Counted from the first letter of the stretch, positions 39,189-49,326 are shown. The stretch: DNA of 64,000 bases from Candidatus Hydrogenedentota bacterium (GCA_034669905.1 JAXMOL010000018.1:72491-136490), one strand, 5' to 3'. Made by a program: numbers and translations. Notes: generated by a model from the sequence alone, not told the origin.

Positions 39189-39752
39189 ATGATATTCATC
39201 TGCCCTCACTGCGAGCAGAACCTCCAGATTCGACCCCAGTTTCTGGGGTTCCGTGGCTATTGTAAGAAGTGTGGCGGTCGCATCGCCCTGATCGGGGAGC
39301 GGAATATGCTGAATGCCCAGCGCGCGCAGGCATTGCCCCCGCGGGATAAGACGCCCCTTTCCTCGGCGCCCGTTGCTGCCGTCGCGTCTTCCGATGCCTT
39401 CGAGTCCCGGCTCGACGAAGCATTGGATGACATTCATGCCTGGGACGATGAAATTGCCCAGGAAATCGGGATGCAATCACAGAGTGCGCCGCCGACAGCC
39501 GATCAACTTGCCCGATTGGTGGAGTTGGGGGCGACGGAAGGTCAAATCAGTCACCTGAAGACGAAAGGTGATGCCATTCGGCTTATTGAGGTCTTACAGC
39601 CCCCGCCCACCGAGGAGCAATTGGAGATCCTGCGCTCCTTCGGGGTGACCGATGAAGAGCTTGCCTTCATGACCACGGAAGGGGTGGCGCAGGCCATGAT
39701 CGAAGAATACGAGAGCGATAACGGCAACGCCGAGTTTGAGAGCGATTATTAA
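39189..39752 (+). CDS. Zinc-ribbon protein with two PxTxxQ repeats (paralog of 40702-41241)
   Basis: FICPHC...CKKCGGRIALIG; PPTADQLARLVELG, PPTEEQLEILRSFG; start moved to ATG 39189. Confidence 0.75.
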   Translation: MIFICPHCEQNLQIRPQFLGFRGYCKKCGGRIALIGERNMLNAQRAQALPPRDKTPLSSAPVAAVASSDAFESRLDEALDDIHAWDDEIAQEIGMQSQSAPPTADQLARLVELGATEGQISHLKTKGDAIRLIEVLQPPPTEEQLEILRSFGVTDEELAFMTTEGVAQAMIEEYESDNGNAEFESDY

Positions 39753-39796
39753 CGACGTCGGCCCGCTGCACAGCGTGGCCGCCTGGGAGATGCAAC

Positions 39797-40657
39797 GTGG
39801 CTGGGTTACGATATGCGGTACATGCCTATGCATGGACGAATAGCTGGAGCAATGACACCCTCGATATTATCGACAAGGCAAAGGCCTTGGGATTTGATCT
39901 GGTGGAAGTGCCCCTCATGGAAATCGACAAAGTTGATGCGGCCGCTATCAAAGCCCGTGCGGCCGACGTAGGTATTGCCTTGTGTACCTCCACGGCCTGT
40001 TCCGAAGCCACCGACCCCACAGGCGAGGATGATGCCGTTCGAAAGGCGGGGGAAGCCTATCTGAAACAATGCATCAAAGCCACCGCGGACATGGGGGGGA
40101 CGGTTTTCACCGGGGTTACCTATTCGGCCATCGGTCGGAAAATTTCCGGAAGACCCGGCGAGCTTTACTGGGACCGTGCCGCAGCCGTCATGAAAGAAGC
40201 GGCCCGTTACGCCCACGATCATGGCGTGACGCTCGGTATAGAAGCCATTAACCGCTATGAAACCTTCCTCGTCAATACGACGGATCAGGCCCTGGCATTG
40301 ATGCAACGTATCGACGAGCCCAACGTTAAGGTGCACCTTGACGCCTACCACATGAACATTGAAGAGTGTGACTTCTACGCGCCAACCAGGAAGGCCGCGC
40401 CGCACCTGTGTCACTTCCACCTCAGCGAGAGCCATCGCGGCACGCCCGGTACCGGGGTCGTGGATTGGGACGGTATCTACCGGGCCCTGGGCGAGTCGAA
40501 GTATGAGGGGATTGTGGGGCTGGAGTCCTTCGAGAGCGTATCCCCGGCTATGGCAGCGGCCACCTGCATGTGGCGTTCGCTGGCCGATTCCAGTGACCAA
40601 CTCCTGCACGATGGGTTGGCCTATCTGAAGAAGCTCGAATCTAAATACTACCGTTAA
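39797..40657 (+). CDS. D-psicose/D-tagatose 3-epimerase-like sugar epimerase
   Basis: EAINRYET, HLDAYHMNIEE, HLSESHRGTPGTG, GLESF. Confidence 0.9.
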   Translation: MAGLRYAVHAYAWTNSWSNDTLDIIDKAKALGFDLVEVPLMEIDKVDAAAIKARAADVGIALCTSTACSEATDPTGEDDAVRKAGEAYLKQCIKATADMGGTVFTGVTYSAIGRKISGRPGELYWDRAAAVMKEAARYAHDHGVTLGIEAINRYETFLVNTTDQALALMQRIDEPNVKVHLDAYHMNIEECDFYAPTRKAAPHLCHFHLSESHRGTPGTGVVDWDGIYRALGESKYEGIVGLESFESVSPAMAAATCMWRSLADSSDQLLHDGLAYLKKLESKYYR

Positions 40658-40701
40658 GTGATTAGGCTATTCGGGCCTTTTCCCGGAGAATAATAAACCC
40701 T

Positions 40702-41241
40702 ATGCTTCAATTCATATGTCCTGCATGCAAGCAAGTGCTCCGCATTGCGCCGAAACATCTCGGGCAGCGGGGGAGCTGCAATAAGTGTGGTAAGCGCATC
40801 GCCCTCATCGGATCAGAAAGCGACCCCGCCCCACAAATGGCGAGCCTCATCGAGGAGCTGCCCGTATTCACATCCGATGAACCCGCCACGGAAGCCCAGA
40901 AAGAATATCTCCGGCGCCTCGGCGTGCGGGAATCTGAATTGGTCGATTTGGACAAGGCCACGGCGTCGAACCGCATCGACGCCCTGAAAGAAGAACATCG
41001 CAAACAGGCTCCGCCTACCGAGAAGCAACTGGCCCACCTGGAACGCCTTGGTGCCCCACCGGCTCGGATTGCCGCCGTGCTCAGTCAGGCAGACGCCTCT
41101 TCCCTCATCGAGACCATGCATCTGCGCCCCACCCGCATCCAGATTGAACTGCTGCACCGCCTCGGAGCCACGGGCGCCCAGATCGCCCGCCTGAAAACCA
41201 AGGCGGACGCATCGGAGCTCATCGAAGAGTTCGGCGGCTGA
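40702..41241 (+). CDS. Zinc-ribbon protein with three PxTxxQ repeats
   Basis: FICPAC...CNKCGKRIALIG; PATEAQ, PPTEKQ, RPTRIQ units. Confidence 0.8.
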   Translation: MLQFICPACKQVLRIAPKHLGQRGSCNKCGKRIALIGSESDPAPQMASLIEELPVFTSDEPATEAQKEYLRRLGVRESELVDLDKATASNRIDALKEEHRKQAPPTEKQLAHLERLGAPPARIAAVLSQADASSLIETMHLRPTRIQIELLHRLGATGAQIARLKTKADASELIEEFGG

Positions 41242-41272
41242 GGACAGGGACCGGGGCCTGTCGGGCAAGCCT

Positions 41273-42802
41273 TCAGGGGGAACCCGTAGGACGGTTGCGT
41301 TGAAGCAGGGGGGCCAGTAGCTCGAGGCAATGGCGTCCATCCACGGGTTTGGCAAGCAGGGCTTCACAGAGGGACTCCAGTTCTTCGTCCGTCAATACCT
41401 GGGTGCCCAGCGCGCTCCGGTGCCGGGCATCCTGCCGAAGGGCACCAAAGAGCTCGCCCGCATAGTGGGGCTGGCAGATTTCTTTCTTCGGTTTCCCCCG
41501 ACCGACCTGATCCAGCACTTTTTTGACCCGCTCCTTGATGCTCCCTTTGGGACCGGCGCTCGGGGGCTTGCCTTCTTTCACAATGTTGACCGTTACGGGA
41601 TCGGTGAGGCGGGGCAATAACCACTGCTCCAGTTCTTGCTCCAGGATGCCGCCGAGGATGAAGTCCTCGGGCGGGGCCTGGGCTCCACTCTTAAGCAGGC
41701 GAAGATACTTGCGTGATTCCGCGCCAAAGACCGCCCAGCCCGGAAGCCAGCTATCGAGCGATTGGCCTACCGTGTCGCCCAGCGTGATCGCGAGGGAGGC
41801 GTCGCCACCTTCCCGCTCAATGTCGATACTTCCGCCGTGAAAGCGAATGGCCCGCTTCAAGAGGGAAAGGTGATAGGAGTCCCCGATTTCTCCGGTAGTC
41901 GCACCGAGGGCAATCATGGCGTTGGCTTCCCGGGAGTCTTCATCGTACTCTACCAGACTTTCCAAGGTGCCGCCATCGGGCATGGCGGCAATCGCCCAAT
42001 CAAACAGCGTCGCAAAAAAACCTTCCATCCGCCCGCGGTTGAGGGGGAGTTGGGGAAAGCCTTCGCTGAAACTGTAACTATGATGAATGCCGCCCGCATT
42101 CAGTTTTGCTTCGTGGGTGGCGAGGCATTCGACATAGAGCCGTTCCAGGTCCGTCATATCCGGCGCCGTTCCGTCTTCAAGCAGGGCCAGGGCCGATTCT
42201 GCGCCCTCCAGATCGGGCTCCCGACCAATGTGGGCCGCGACCTGGCTTGCCAGCTCCAGGGGCTCTGGGGGCATCCGCATGCCGTGAAGGCGCAATTCGA
42301 CCCCGTTTTCCGTTCGGTCAATGCGGCCGCCCGAAGTGGCCAGGGTCCAGCAATCACTCAATTCCGACAGGGACATGGGAAATCGGTCGGCCACCCGAAA
42401 ATGATCCGGCACCCGACCCGGCCCCTGAAAGGCAATGCTCATGCGGGGGATGACTTCGCTGTTTTCTTCCTCCTCGTAGATTTCCACCACCAGCGTGGTC
42501 TGAGGGCCCCGCTCGATGGCTTTCAACAGGGCCGCCACACAGGAGGACATGCGGGCCGGATCGCCCACCCGCTCGGCATCCACGTGGTCCACATGGATGG
42601 AGAAACTGCTGGGGGGGAAGTGCATGACGAAGCTCTGGAAGATATTCTCGGGGTGATAAAGCTCCAGATCGGCTTCGGTGAAGAGCAGGGCATAATCCCG
42701 TGCGCTCCGCAACTCCGCCAGATTATTGCGCTCCACCGCATCCGCGAGAACGGGTTGCAAGTTGGTAGCGACGGTGTCCGCATCAAATCGGGGGGTGGCC
42801 AT
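41273..42802 (-). CDS. Hypothetical protein with degenerate histidine-kinase ATPase-like domain(s)
   Basis: WAIAAMPDGGTL...LSLLKRAIRFHGGSIDI resembles HATPase_c without intact N/G boxes; GGAGG RBS before ATG 42802. Confidence 0.6.
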   Translation of the reverse strand: MATPRFDADTVATNLQPVLADAVERNNLAELRSARDYALLFTEADLELYHPENIFQSFVMHFPPSSFSIHVDHVDAERVGDPARMSSCVAALLKAIERGPQTTLVVEIYEEEENSEVIPRMSIAFQGPGRVPDHFRVADRFPMSLSELSDCWTLATSGGRIDRTENGVELRLHGMRMPPEPLELASQVAAHIGREPDLEGAESALALLEDGTAPDMTDLERLYVECLATHEAKLNAGGIHHSYSFSEGFPQLPLNRGRMEGFFATLFDWAIAAMPDGGTLESLVEYDEDSREANAMIALGATTGEIGDSYHLSLLKRAIRFHGGSIDIEREGGDASLAITLGDTVGQSLDSWLPGWAVFGAESRKYLRLLKSGAQAPPEDFILGGILEQELEQWLLPRLTDPVTVNIVKEGKPPSAGPKGSIKERVKKVLDQVGRGKPKKEICQPHYAGELFGALRQDARHRSALGTQVLTDEELESLCEALLAKPVDGRHCLELLAPLLQRNRPTGSP

Positions 42803-43090
42803 GGGTACTTCCTCCTGAGTTACGGGCAGTGTACGATACGGCAGGGATGCCTTCCAAGCCCCGTCAGGGATTGGGACCACGCTCTGCGCGGGAAAGAGAA
42901 AAACTAATGTGCGCCGGGGGCGAAGGGACGTTCTGCCGCAGGGGGCCGATGGGGAGGGACGATCGCTCGTGGCCACTTGGTACGACCCGGCTTGGCATGT
43001 CGCGCCCAGAGGCGGCTGCATGTCCCGGTGGGTCTATTCAAACGCGCAATGCGGTGATAGCGCGAAGCTAGAACTCAGTGGTCTCCCGTT

Positions 43091-43120
43091 TTGACCGGAA
43101 AGCTCCCGATTCACTATACT
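43091..43120 (+). promoter_or_regulatory. Sigma70-type promoter of the site-2 protease gene
   Basis: TTGACC-18 nt-TATACT. Confidence 0.6.
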
Positions 43121-43201
43121 CAAGGGGTCTGCAAACGGCGGTGCCCCCACATTTCTGTCCGGGTTTCGCCGTGATAGTTTCCTGAAGGACCTCCTCCATC
43201 C

Positions 43202-43894
43202 ATGCTCCCTGGTAATATCGAAATCGGCGTAATTCTCTTACAATACTTCTGCCTTCTTTTTTCGCTCTGCGTCCACGAAGCGGCCCACGCGGCCATGGCC
43301 AACCAGTGTGGTGACCCGTCGGCCCGGCTCATGGGGCGTATGAGTATTGACCCGCGCAAACATATCGACCCCCTGGGTACGGTCATTCTGCCCTTGTTCA
43401 TGATGATAACGAATAGTCCCTACCTCTTCGGCTGGGCCAAGCCCGTGCCCTTTAACCTGCGAAATCTCGGTAACATGCGCCGGGACCCCGTGTTGATTGC
43501 CCTCGCAGGGCCTATTTCCAATGTTTTTATCGCCCTAACCAGCGCCATTCTGATGCGGATATTGTTGCTCCTCGTCGCAAATGATATCGCCGTGCCGAAC
43601 CCGGACATTTTTGTTAAGTTCCTGGGGAGCATGATTATCATCAATGTGGTGTTAGCACTATTCAATATGATTCCTTTGCCGCCCCTCGATGGACACCATG
43701 TGCTCTACTATTTCCTGCCCCAGAGCGGGAAAGACATGCTCATGCGTATTGGGCCATTCGGCATTATCATTGCCATCGTATTTTTGGTCCCCGTGCTTAC
43801 GACGCCCATGTCTCTCTGCTTTTATTTCTTCATGATGATTGGGGCACAGGGTCTGGCCGATATTCCACAGTTGATAAACTTTATCTTGGCCTGA
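43202..43894 (+). CDS. Site-2 protease (M50)
   Basis: HEAAH, GWAKPVP, ALAGP, FNMIPLPPLDG. Confidence 0.95.
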   Translation: MLPGNIEIGVILLQYFCLLFSLCVHEAAHAAMANQCGDPSARLMGRMSIDPRKHIDPLGTVILPLFMMITNSPYLFGWAKPVPFNLRNLGNMRRDPVLIALAGPISNVFIALTSAILMRILLLLVANDIAVPNPDIFVKFLGSMIIINVVLALFNMIPLPPLDGHHVLYYFLPQSGKDMLMRIGPFGIIIAIVFLVPVLTTPMSLCFYFFMMIGAQGLADIPQLINFILA

Positions 43895-44070
43895 GCCAAA
43901 CGCCCCGCATTGCGTCGAATCACGTCGTCCCATTCTGCTATACTTCCGCCTTCCCATCGCCAGATCCCGGGCCGATTCTATGTGTGTCCTGGCAGTACCC
44001 ACTCCGTGTGGAAGCGATGCGCATACTCCTTTGATTAAACAGGTTACGAAGAAGCCAACAGGAGAATCCC

Positions 44071-46761
44071 ATGGATTTGCCGAAGAAGTATAACCCCCAG
44101 GATGCCGAGCAGAAATGGCTCGCAAGCTGGGATGAGACGGGTATTTATAAGTGGGACGAGACCAAGAGTCGCGACGAGAGCTTCGTCGTGGATACGCCCC
44201 CGCCCACCGTCAGTGGCTCCCTCCATGTAGGCCACCTCTTCAGCTATTCCCACCAGGACTTCATCGTCCGTTTCCAGCGGATGATGGGTAAAAACATCTT
44301 TTTCCCCATCGGCTGGGATGACAACGGCCTGCCCACCGAGCGGCGGGTGCAGAACCTCCTCAACGTCAAGTGCGAAGCCCACCTGCCCTACGACCCGGAT
44401 TTCAAGGCTGAGCGCGGCAAGAAAGGCGACGCTACGCCCATCAGCCGGAAGAACTTCGTCGAGCTCTGTGACGAGGTCATCGTGGACGACGAAAAGGCCT
44501 TCAAGCAGCTCTGGACCCGTCTCGGCATGAGCTACGACTGGGACCAGGAATACGCCACCATCAACGAGCACTCCCGGCGTACGTCGCAATTCAGCTTCCT
44601 GGAGCTTCTCGAAAAAGGGGAGATCTATCAGGACGAAAAGCCCGTCATGTGGGATGTGGATTTCCAGACCGCCATCGCCCAGGCCGAGCTCGAAGACAAG
44701 GAGCGGCCCGCGGCCTACAACTTCATTCGCTTCGGCGTGGAAGGCAGTGACGAGAAACTCGTCGTCGCCACGACCCGTCCCGAGTTGCTCCCCGCCTGTG
44801 TGGCCGTATTGGTGCACCCGGAAGATGAACGCTTCAAGGATTTCGTGGGCAAGAACGCTGTTTCGCCCCTCTTCGAGGTCCCGGTACCCATCATGGCCGA
44901 CGAGAAAGCCGACCCGGAAAAGGGCACCGGTGTGGTCATGGTCTGTACCTTCGGCGACCAGACCGACGTGGAATGGTGGCAGGCCTTTAAACTGCCCCTC
45001 CGTCAGATAATCGGACGCGATGGACACTTGCTTCCCGTGGAATTTGTGAAGGCGGGCGAGGGCGGCCATGAAAAGGACACCCATCTGGAGAAAATGGAGG
45101 ATGGCCGGGACGTGGTGCGCAGCCTCGGTGCCGCACGCATGATTCCCAGCTTGAACCCTGAGAAGGCCAATTCGATTTACGGCACCATCCAGGGGAAATA
45201 CACCAAGCAGGCGCAAAAGCTCATTATCGCCGCGGCAGAGGAAAGCGGTACTGTCATCGACCGCCCCGCCGAAAACATCACCCACGCGGTGAAATTCTTC
45301 GAAAAAGGCGACCGTCCCCTGGAGTTGGTGCCCGCCCGTCAGTGGTACACCAAAATCATGGATAAGAAGGACGAACTCGTGGGCCAGGGCCGCAAAATCA
45401 AGTGGCACCCGGAATACATGGAAAAGCGCTACGCCCACTGGGTCGAAGGCCTCAACCAGGACTGGTGCCTCAGCCGTCAGCGCTACTTTGGCGTACCTAT
45501 CCCCGTATGGTACCGCATCGACGAGCATGGCGAAGTCTGTTACGACCAGCGCATTCTGCCCTCCGTCGAATCCCTGCCCATCGACCCCCTGTCCGAATGC
45601 CCCGAAGGCTTTACCGCCGATCAGCGCGATCAGCCGGGCGGCTTCACCGGCGATCCCGACGTGCTCGATACGTGGGCCACGAGCTCCCTCTCGCCCCAGG
45701 TCGCCTCCCAATGGGTCAATGACAAAGGGCGTCACCAGAAGCTCTTCCCCATGGACATGCGCCCCCAGGGCCACGACATTATCCGCACATGGGCCTTCTA
45801 CACCATCGTAAAGGCCTATCTCCACGAGAAGGAAGTGCCCTGGCACAATGTGGTCCTCAGTGGCTGGATTCTCGATCCCGACCGGAAGAAAATGTCCAAG
45901 AGCCAGGGCAACGTGGTTACCCCCGAGCCCCTCATCGACCAGTTTGGTGCCGATGCGGTGCGCTATTGGGCCGCCCGCGCCCGCCTGGGCGTGGACACCT
46001 CCTTCGACGAGAAGGTCTTCAAGGTCGGCAAGAAGCTCGTGACCAAGCTCTTCAATGCCAGCAAGTTTGCCATGGGCCGTTTCGACGATGTGCCCGCCGA
46101 ACAGCTCACGCCCGACAAGATCACGGTGGAGCTCGATCGCGCGGTTATCGCTGAGTTGCGCCCCGTGATTGAAAAGGCCACCGCCGCCTTCAAGGAATTC
46201 GACTACGCCCAGGCACTCAGTCTGGCGGAAGGCTATTTCTGGAGCGTCTACTGCGACAACTACCTCGAGATGGCCAAGCAGCGCACCTACGACGAAGAAC
46301 TCACGGTCGGTCGCCTCTCCGCCTGCGCCACCCTCCGTCTCGTGCACCGCGCCCTCGTCCGCATGATGGCCCCCTTCATCCCCTACATCACCGAAGAAGT
46401 CTGGGGCTGGGCCTACGCCGACGACGCCGACATGGCGAAGAGCATCCACAAGAGCCCCTGGCCCACCCTGGATGAATTCGCCGCCGTCGAAGCACCCGAA
46501 CATGCCACCAGCTACGACGCCACGGTCGCCGTGGTAGACGCCATCCGCCGCGCCAAAGCCGACGCCGCCGTCAGCATGGCCGCCCCCGTGGAGTCTGCGA
46601 AGATTACCGTGGCTGCGGGTAACGTCGCCGCCGTGGAAGCCACCCTCGACGACATCCAGCGCATGCTGAAAATCGAGACGGCGACCGTAATCGCGGGCGA
46701 AGTCGAAAACGGCCTGGCCAGCGTAGAGACCGTGCTGGCCCCGGTGCCCGCCGCCGAATAA
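44071..46761 (+). CDS. valS: Valyl-tRNA synthetase (type 2, no C-terminal coiled coil)
   Basis: DTPPPTVSGSLHVGH, DWCLSRQR, RPQGHDIIRTW, KMSKS. Confidence 0.97.
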   Translation: MDLPKKYNPQDAEQKWLASWDETGIYKWDETKSRDESFVVDTPPPTVSGSLHVGHLFSYSHQDFIVRFQRMMGKNIFFPIGWDDNGLPTERRVQNLLNVKCEAHLPYDPDFKAERGKKGDATPISRKNFVELCDEVIVDDEKAFKQLWTRLGMSYDWDQEYATINEHSRRTSQFSFLELLEKGEIYQDEKPVMWDVDFQTAIAQAELEDKERPAAYNFIRFGVEGSDEKLVVATTRPELLPACVAVLVHPEDERFKDFVGKNAVSPLFEVPVPIMADEKADPEKGTGVVMVCTFGDQTDVEWWQAFKLPLRQIIGRDGHLLPVEFVKAGEGGHEKDTHLEKMEDGRDVVRSLGAARMIPSLNPEKANSIYGTIQGKYTKQAQKLIIAAAEESGTVIDRPAENITHAVKFFEKGDRPLELVPARQWYTKIMDKKDELVGQGRKIKWHPEYMEKRYAHWVEGLNQDWCLSRQRYFGVPIPVWYRIDEHGEVCYDQRILPSVESLPIDPLSECPEGFTADQRDQPGGFTGDPDVLDTWATSSLSPQVASQWVNDKGRHQKLFPMDMRPQGHDIIRTWAFYTIVKAYLHEKEVPWHNVVLSGWILDPDRKKMSKSQGNVVTPEPLIDQFGADAVRYWAARARLGVDTSFDEKVFKVGKKLVTKLFNASKFAMGRFDDVPAEQLTPDKITVELDRAVIAELRPVIEKATAAFKEFDYAQALSLAEGYFWSVYCDNYLEMAKQRTYDEELTVGRLSACATLRLVHRALVRMMAPFIPYITEEVWGWAYADDADMAKSIHKSPWPTLDEFAAVEAPEHATSYDATVAVVDAIRRAKADAAVSMAAPVESAKITVAAGNVAAVEATLDDIQRMLKIETATVIAGEVENGLASVETVLAPVPAAE

Positions 46762-46781
46762 CCACACAAGACCCCAAATAC

Positions 46782-46815
46782 AACGCCGCGTACCTTCGGG
46801 TGCGCGGCGTTTTTT
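46782..46815 (+). terminator. Intrinsic terminator of valS
   Basis: AACGCCGCGTACC-TTCG-GGTGCGCGGCGTT plus T tract. Confidence 0.85.
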
Positions 46816-46862
46816 ATGCGGTGGCTGCAACGGGCCTCGTCGTGTCACCAAGGGCCATTCGA

Positions 46863-46883
46863 CCTGCGCTCCCAATTGTCACC
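46863..46883. repeat. Partial REP copy upstream of RAYT
   Basis: CCTGCGCTCCCAATTGTCACC, the exact reverse complement of 47659-47679. Confidence 0.85.
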
Positions 46884-46995
46884 ACGTTACTTTTCAGACT
46901 ATGGTTGTCTTCCCAGAATCCATGTTTCAACTTTACAGATAAAAGCAATAGTGCTAGGGTAGGGGTGAAAGTGTGAATTGTAAGCATTTGGAGGC

Positions 46996-47595
46996 ATGAA
47001 CATGCGAGGCTGGTATTCTCGGGGTTATCTTCCGCACTACGACGAACCGGGTAAGGTTCAGTTCATCACCTATCGTCTGCATGATTCCCTGCCGAAGGCG
47101 CTACTCGAAGCCTGGGACGAGGCGCTGCGCAACAAGGAAATCGATGAATTGAAGCGTATGCGAAAGATCGAGCGCTATCTCGACAAGGGCCACGGCGCTT
47201 GCTGGTTGCGGCAGCCCGCCGTTGCGGAAATGATTCAAGATAACCTGCGTCACTTCGATGGCGAGCGTTACCGGTTGCTCGCATGGTGTGTGATGCCGAA
47301 TCACGTTCACGTGATTATCGAAACGGTCGAGGGCTATTCCATGGAATCGGTGACCCATTCCTGGAAATCCTACTCGGCTCATCAACTAAACCGTATTGTC
47401 GCTCGCAAGGGATGCGTATGGCAGACAGAAGTCTTCGACCGCTATATGCGCGGCCCGTTGCATCTGGCGCGAACCCTCTTCTACGTCGAGCAGAATCCCG
47501 TTACTGCGAGTTTGGTCGCACTCCCTGGAGACTGGCCCTATGGAAGTGCCCGATTTCGCCAGGAAATCGAACCCTACGATGCCTACCGAATGTGA
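46996..47595 (+). mobile_element. rayT: REP-associated tyrosine transposase (RAYT, HUH Y1, IS200-related)
   Basis: RGYLPH...FITYRL, AWCVMPNHVH (HUH), WKSYSA, VWQ...FDR, YVEQNPV, DWPYGS; flanked by REPs. Confidence 0.9.
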
Positions 47596-47658
47596 AATAA
47601 ACTATCCATTCATCGCGGCTTGCAGCCGACCGCACCGCGTCGCCGTCCCAAGAAAAAC

Positions 47659-47833
47659 GGTGACAATTGGGAGCGCAGGCGGCCCGCCTGCTGGGTAATG
47701 GATGAAAACGGTGACCATGGACATACACTGACATTAAACGAAGGAAGGCAGAAGATGACCGGTTCGAATTGACCCTCTTCTTTCTTGCACCTTTCGGTGC
47801 GATGCAGGCGAGCCGCCTGCGCTCCCAATTGTC
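47659..47833. repeat. Inverted REP doublet (REPIN-like) downstream of RAYT
   Basis: GACAATTGGGAGCGCAGGCGGCCCGCCTGC (47662-47691) and inverted GCAGGCGAGCCGCCTGCGCTCCCAATTGTC (47804-47833). Confidence 0.85.
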
Positions 47834-47964
47834 GCATGTTTCTTTTCAGGATGCTGGCCCCTGCATCCAATCCCGCGCGAAGTGGGCGTAGTAGAATGAA
47901 CATTAGACCGGGAGAGTCCATGGCAGACTCCTCCCAGAATAGCGTTCACGGCCATACGACTTCC

Positions 47965-49281
47965 TCAGGGGAACCGCTTCAAAAAGATATCCTTAAACTG
48001 TACTTTCATGGGCGTGTGGGCGTGCAGTTGGAGCGCCAGGATACCCGAGGCATCGAATTCCTTGGTGTCATAGTCGACAAATACTGCGGACACCACGCCG
48101 TTGACGCGGAGTGTCATCCGGTGGCCGTGGGCGGTGACATGGTAATCGTTCCATTCGCCAAGGGGGCGCAGCGCGACGGGCTCCCCGATGGGCGTGACGG
48201 TGCGCTTACCCTCAAAGTCCATGACCGTCTTATGCCCATTGGGCACCATGAGGGGCTCGCGCCCCGTGTATTCATCGGCGAGGGCGCCACACCAGGGACC
48301 GCCCGGCAGTATGTCCGCCTGATAGCCCACGCCCGTGCCGTCGTCGGCGATTCGGCTCCGGAACTGAATGCCCGAATTGCCCGTCGTCTCCCCAAGCCGG
48401 AACTTTGCCTTCAGCTCGAAATTCGCCACATCGCCGCCCTGCCAGACGAGAAACTTGTTCTTGGTGATGGGTTGGGCTTCTGACCATTGACCCGTAATGG
48501 CCTCATCCTCCACGGACCAATGGTCCATGTCGGATGCCTTCCAACCCGACAGGGTTTCGCCGTCAAAGAGGGAGACAAAGGGCGCGTCCTGTTTGTTGGC
48601 GGCCGGTGCCCAGATCTTCACATCGTCGAACCAGCCGATATCGTTGAAGCTGCCCAGGCCCAGCAACCCCTCCGTGAAGGTGATGTCGTTGGCCACCATG
48701 GCAGGCGTGCTCATATCGTCCACGTAGACGGTGATATCGCCCGCCAACACATCGCGGACGATACGAACATCGTGCCACGGGTCGCCCCACGGGGTGCCGT
48801 CACTGCGTTTGATGGCGATGGACTTGCGCTCCGCGTTGTCGACGAGGAACACCGTGTTGGCCCCTTTGTCTGCCACGGGGGCAAAATGCACGTAGTAAAA
48901 CTGGTAGTCGTCTTCGGCATTCAGGACAACACAGAGATCCTGGTGGGGATATTCCTTGCCCCGATGTCGCAGCCGCGCTTCGAGGATAAAACTCCCCAGG
49001 GAAAGGCCTTCGATGGTGGCCACGGACTGGGGGGCGAAGTAGTCCCGGGGATTGCCCCCGGTGGTCGCGAGGGACAACACATGGTTGCCCGTCTCAACTT
49101 CCTGCTCGATTTTCCAGTTGTCGGGATCGGCGAAGGCCCAGCCGTCGGAGCCCGATTCGAAGTCATCCTCGAAAACGAGTTCGAGATCGGCTTTCTCAAG
49201 GGCCGTCGCGCCAAGGGGCCAGAGCAGGGTAGTAAGGAGGAGTAGGATGAGGATTCTGCGTGGATGGTGCCCGTAGTGCAT
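47965..49281 (-). CDS. Secreted DUF1080 (3-keto-disaccharide hydrolase-like) protein, two domains
   Basis: Signal peptide; FVSLFDGETLSGW, NSGIQFRS, GYQADI, GEWNDY, GILALQLH. Confidence 0.85.
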   Translation of the reverse strand: MHYGHHPRRILILLLLTTLLWPLGATALEKADLELVFEDDFESGSDGWAFADPDNWKIEQEVETGNHVLSLATTGGNPRDYFAPQSVATIEGLSLGSFILEARLRHRGKEYPHQDLCVVLNAEDDYQFYYVHFAPVADKGANTVFLVDNAERKSIAIKRSDGTPWGDPWHDVRIVRDVLAGDITVYVDDMSTPAMVANDITFTEGLLGLGSFNDIGWFDDVKIWAPAANKQDAPFVSLFDGETLSGWKASDMDHWSVEDEAITGQWSEAQPITKNKFLVWQGGDVANFELKAKFRLGETTGNSGIQFRSRIADDGTGVGYQADILPGGPWCGALADEYTGREPLMVPNGHKTVMDFEGKRTVTPIGEPVALRPLGEWNDYHVTAHGHRMTLRVNGVVSAVFVDYDTKEFDASGILALQLHAHTPMKVQFKDIFLKRFP

Positions 49282-49326
49282 TATCTGGCCTTCCGATTTG
49301 GTCGCCCGCCGTCTTTGCCTGTCTCA

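Noticed and set aside
43895..44070. T-box riboswitch upstream of valS
   Set aside because: No T-box consensus (GGTGGNACCGCG) or terminator/antiterminator visible.
44044..46875. 943-aa ORF antisense to valS
   Set aside because: Shadow frame produced by strong GC3 codon bias; no recognisable motifs. Long antisense ORFs also shadow other genes here (26014-28536, 49940-52081, 54296-56059, 2202-3371).
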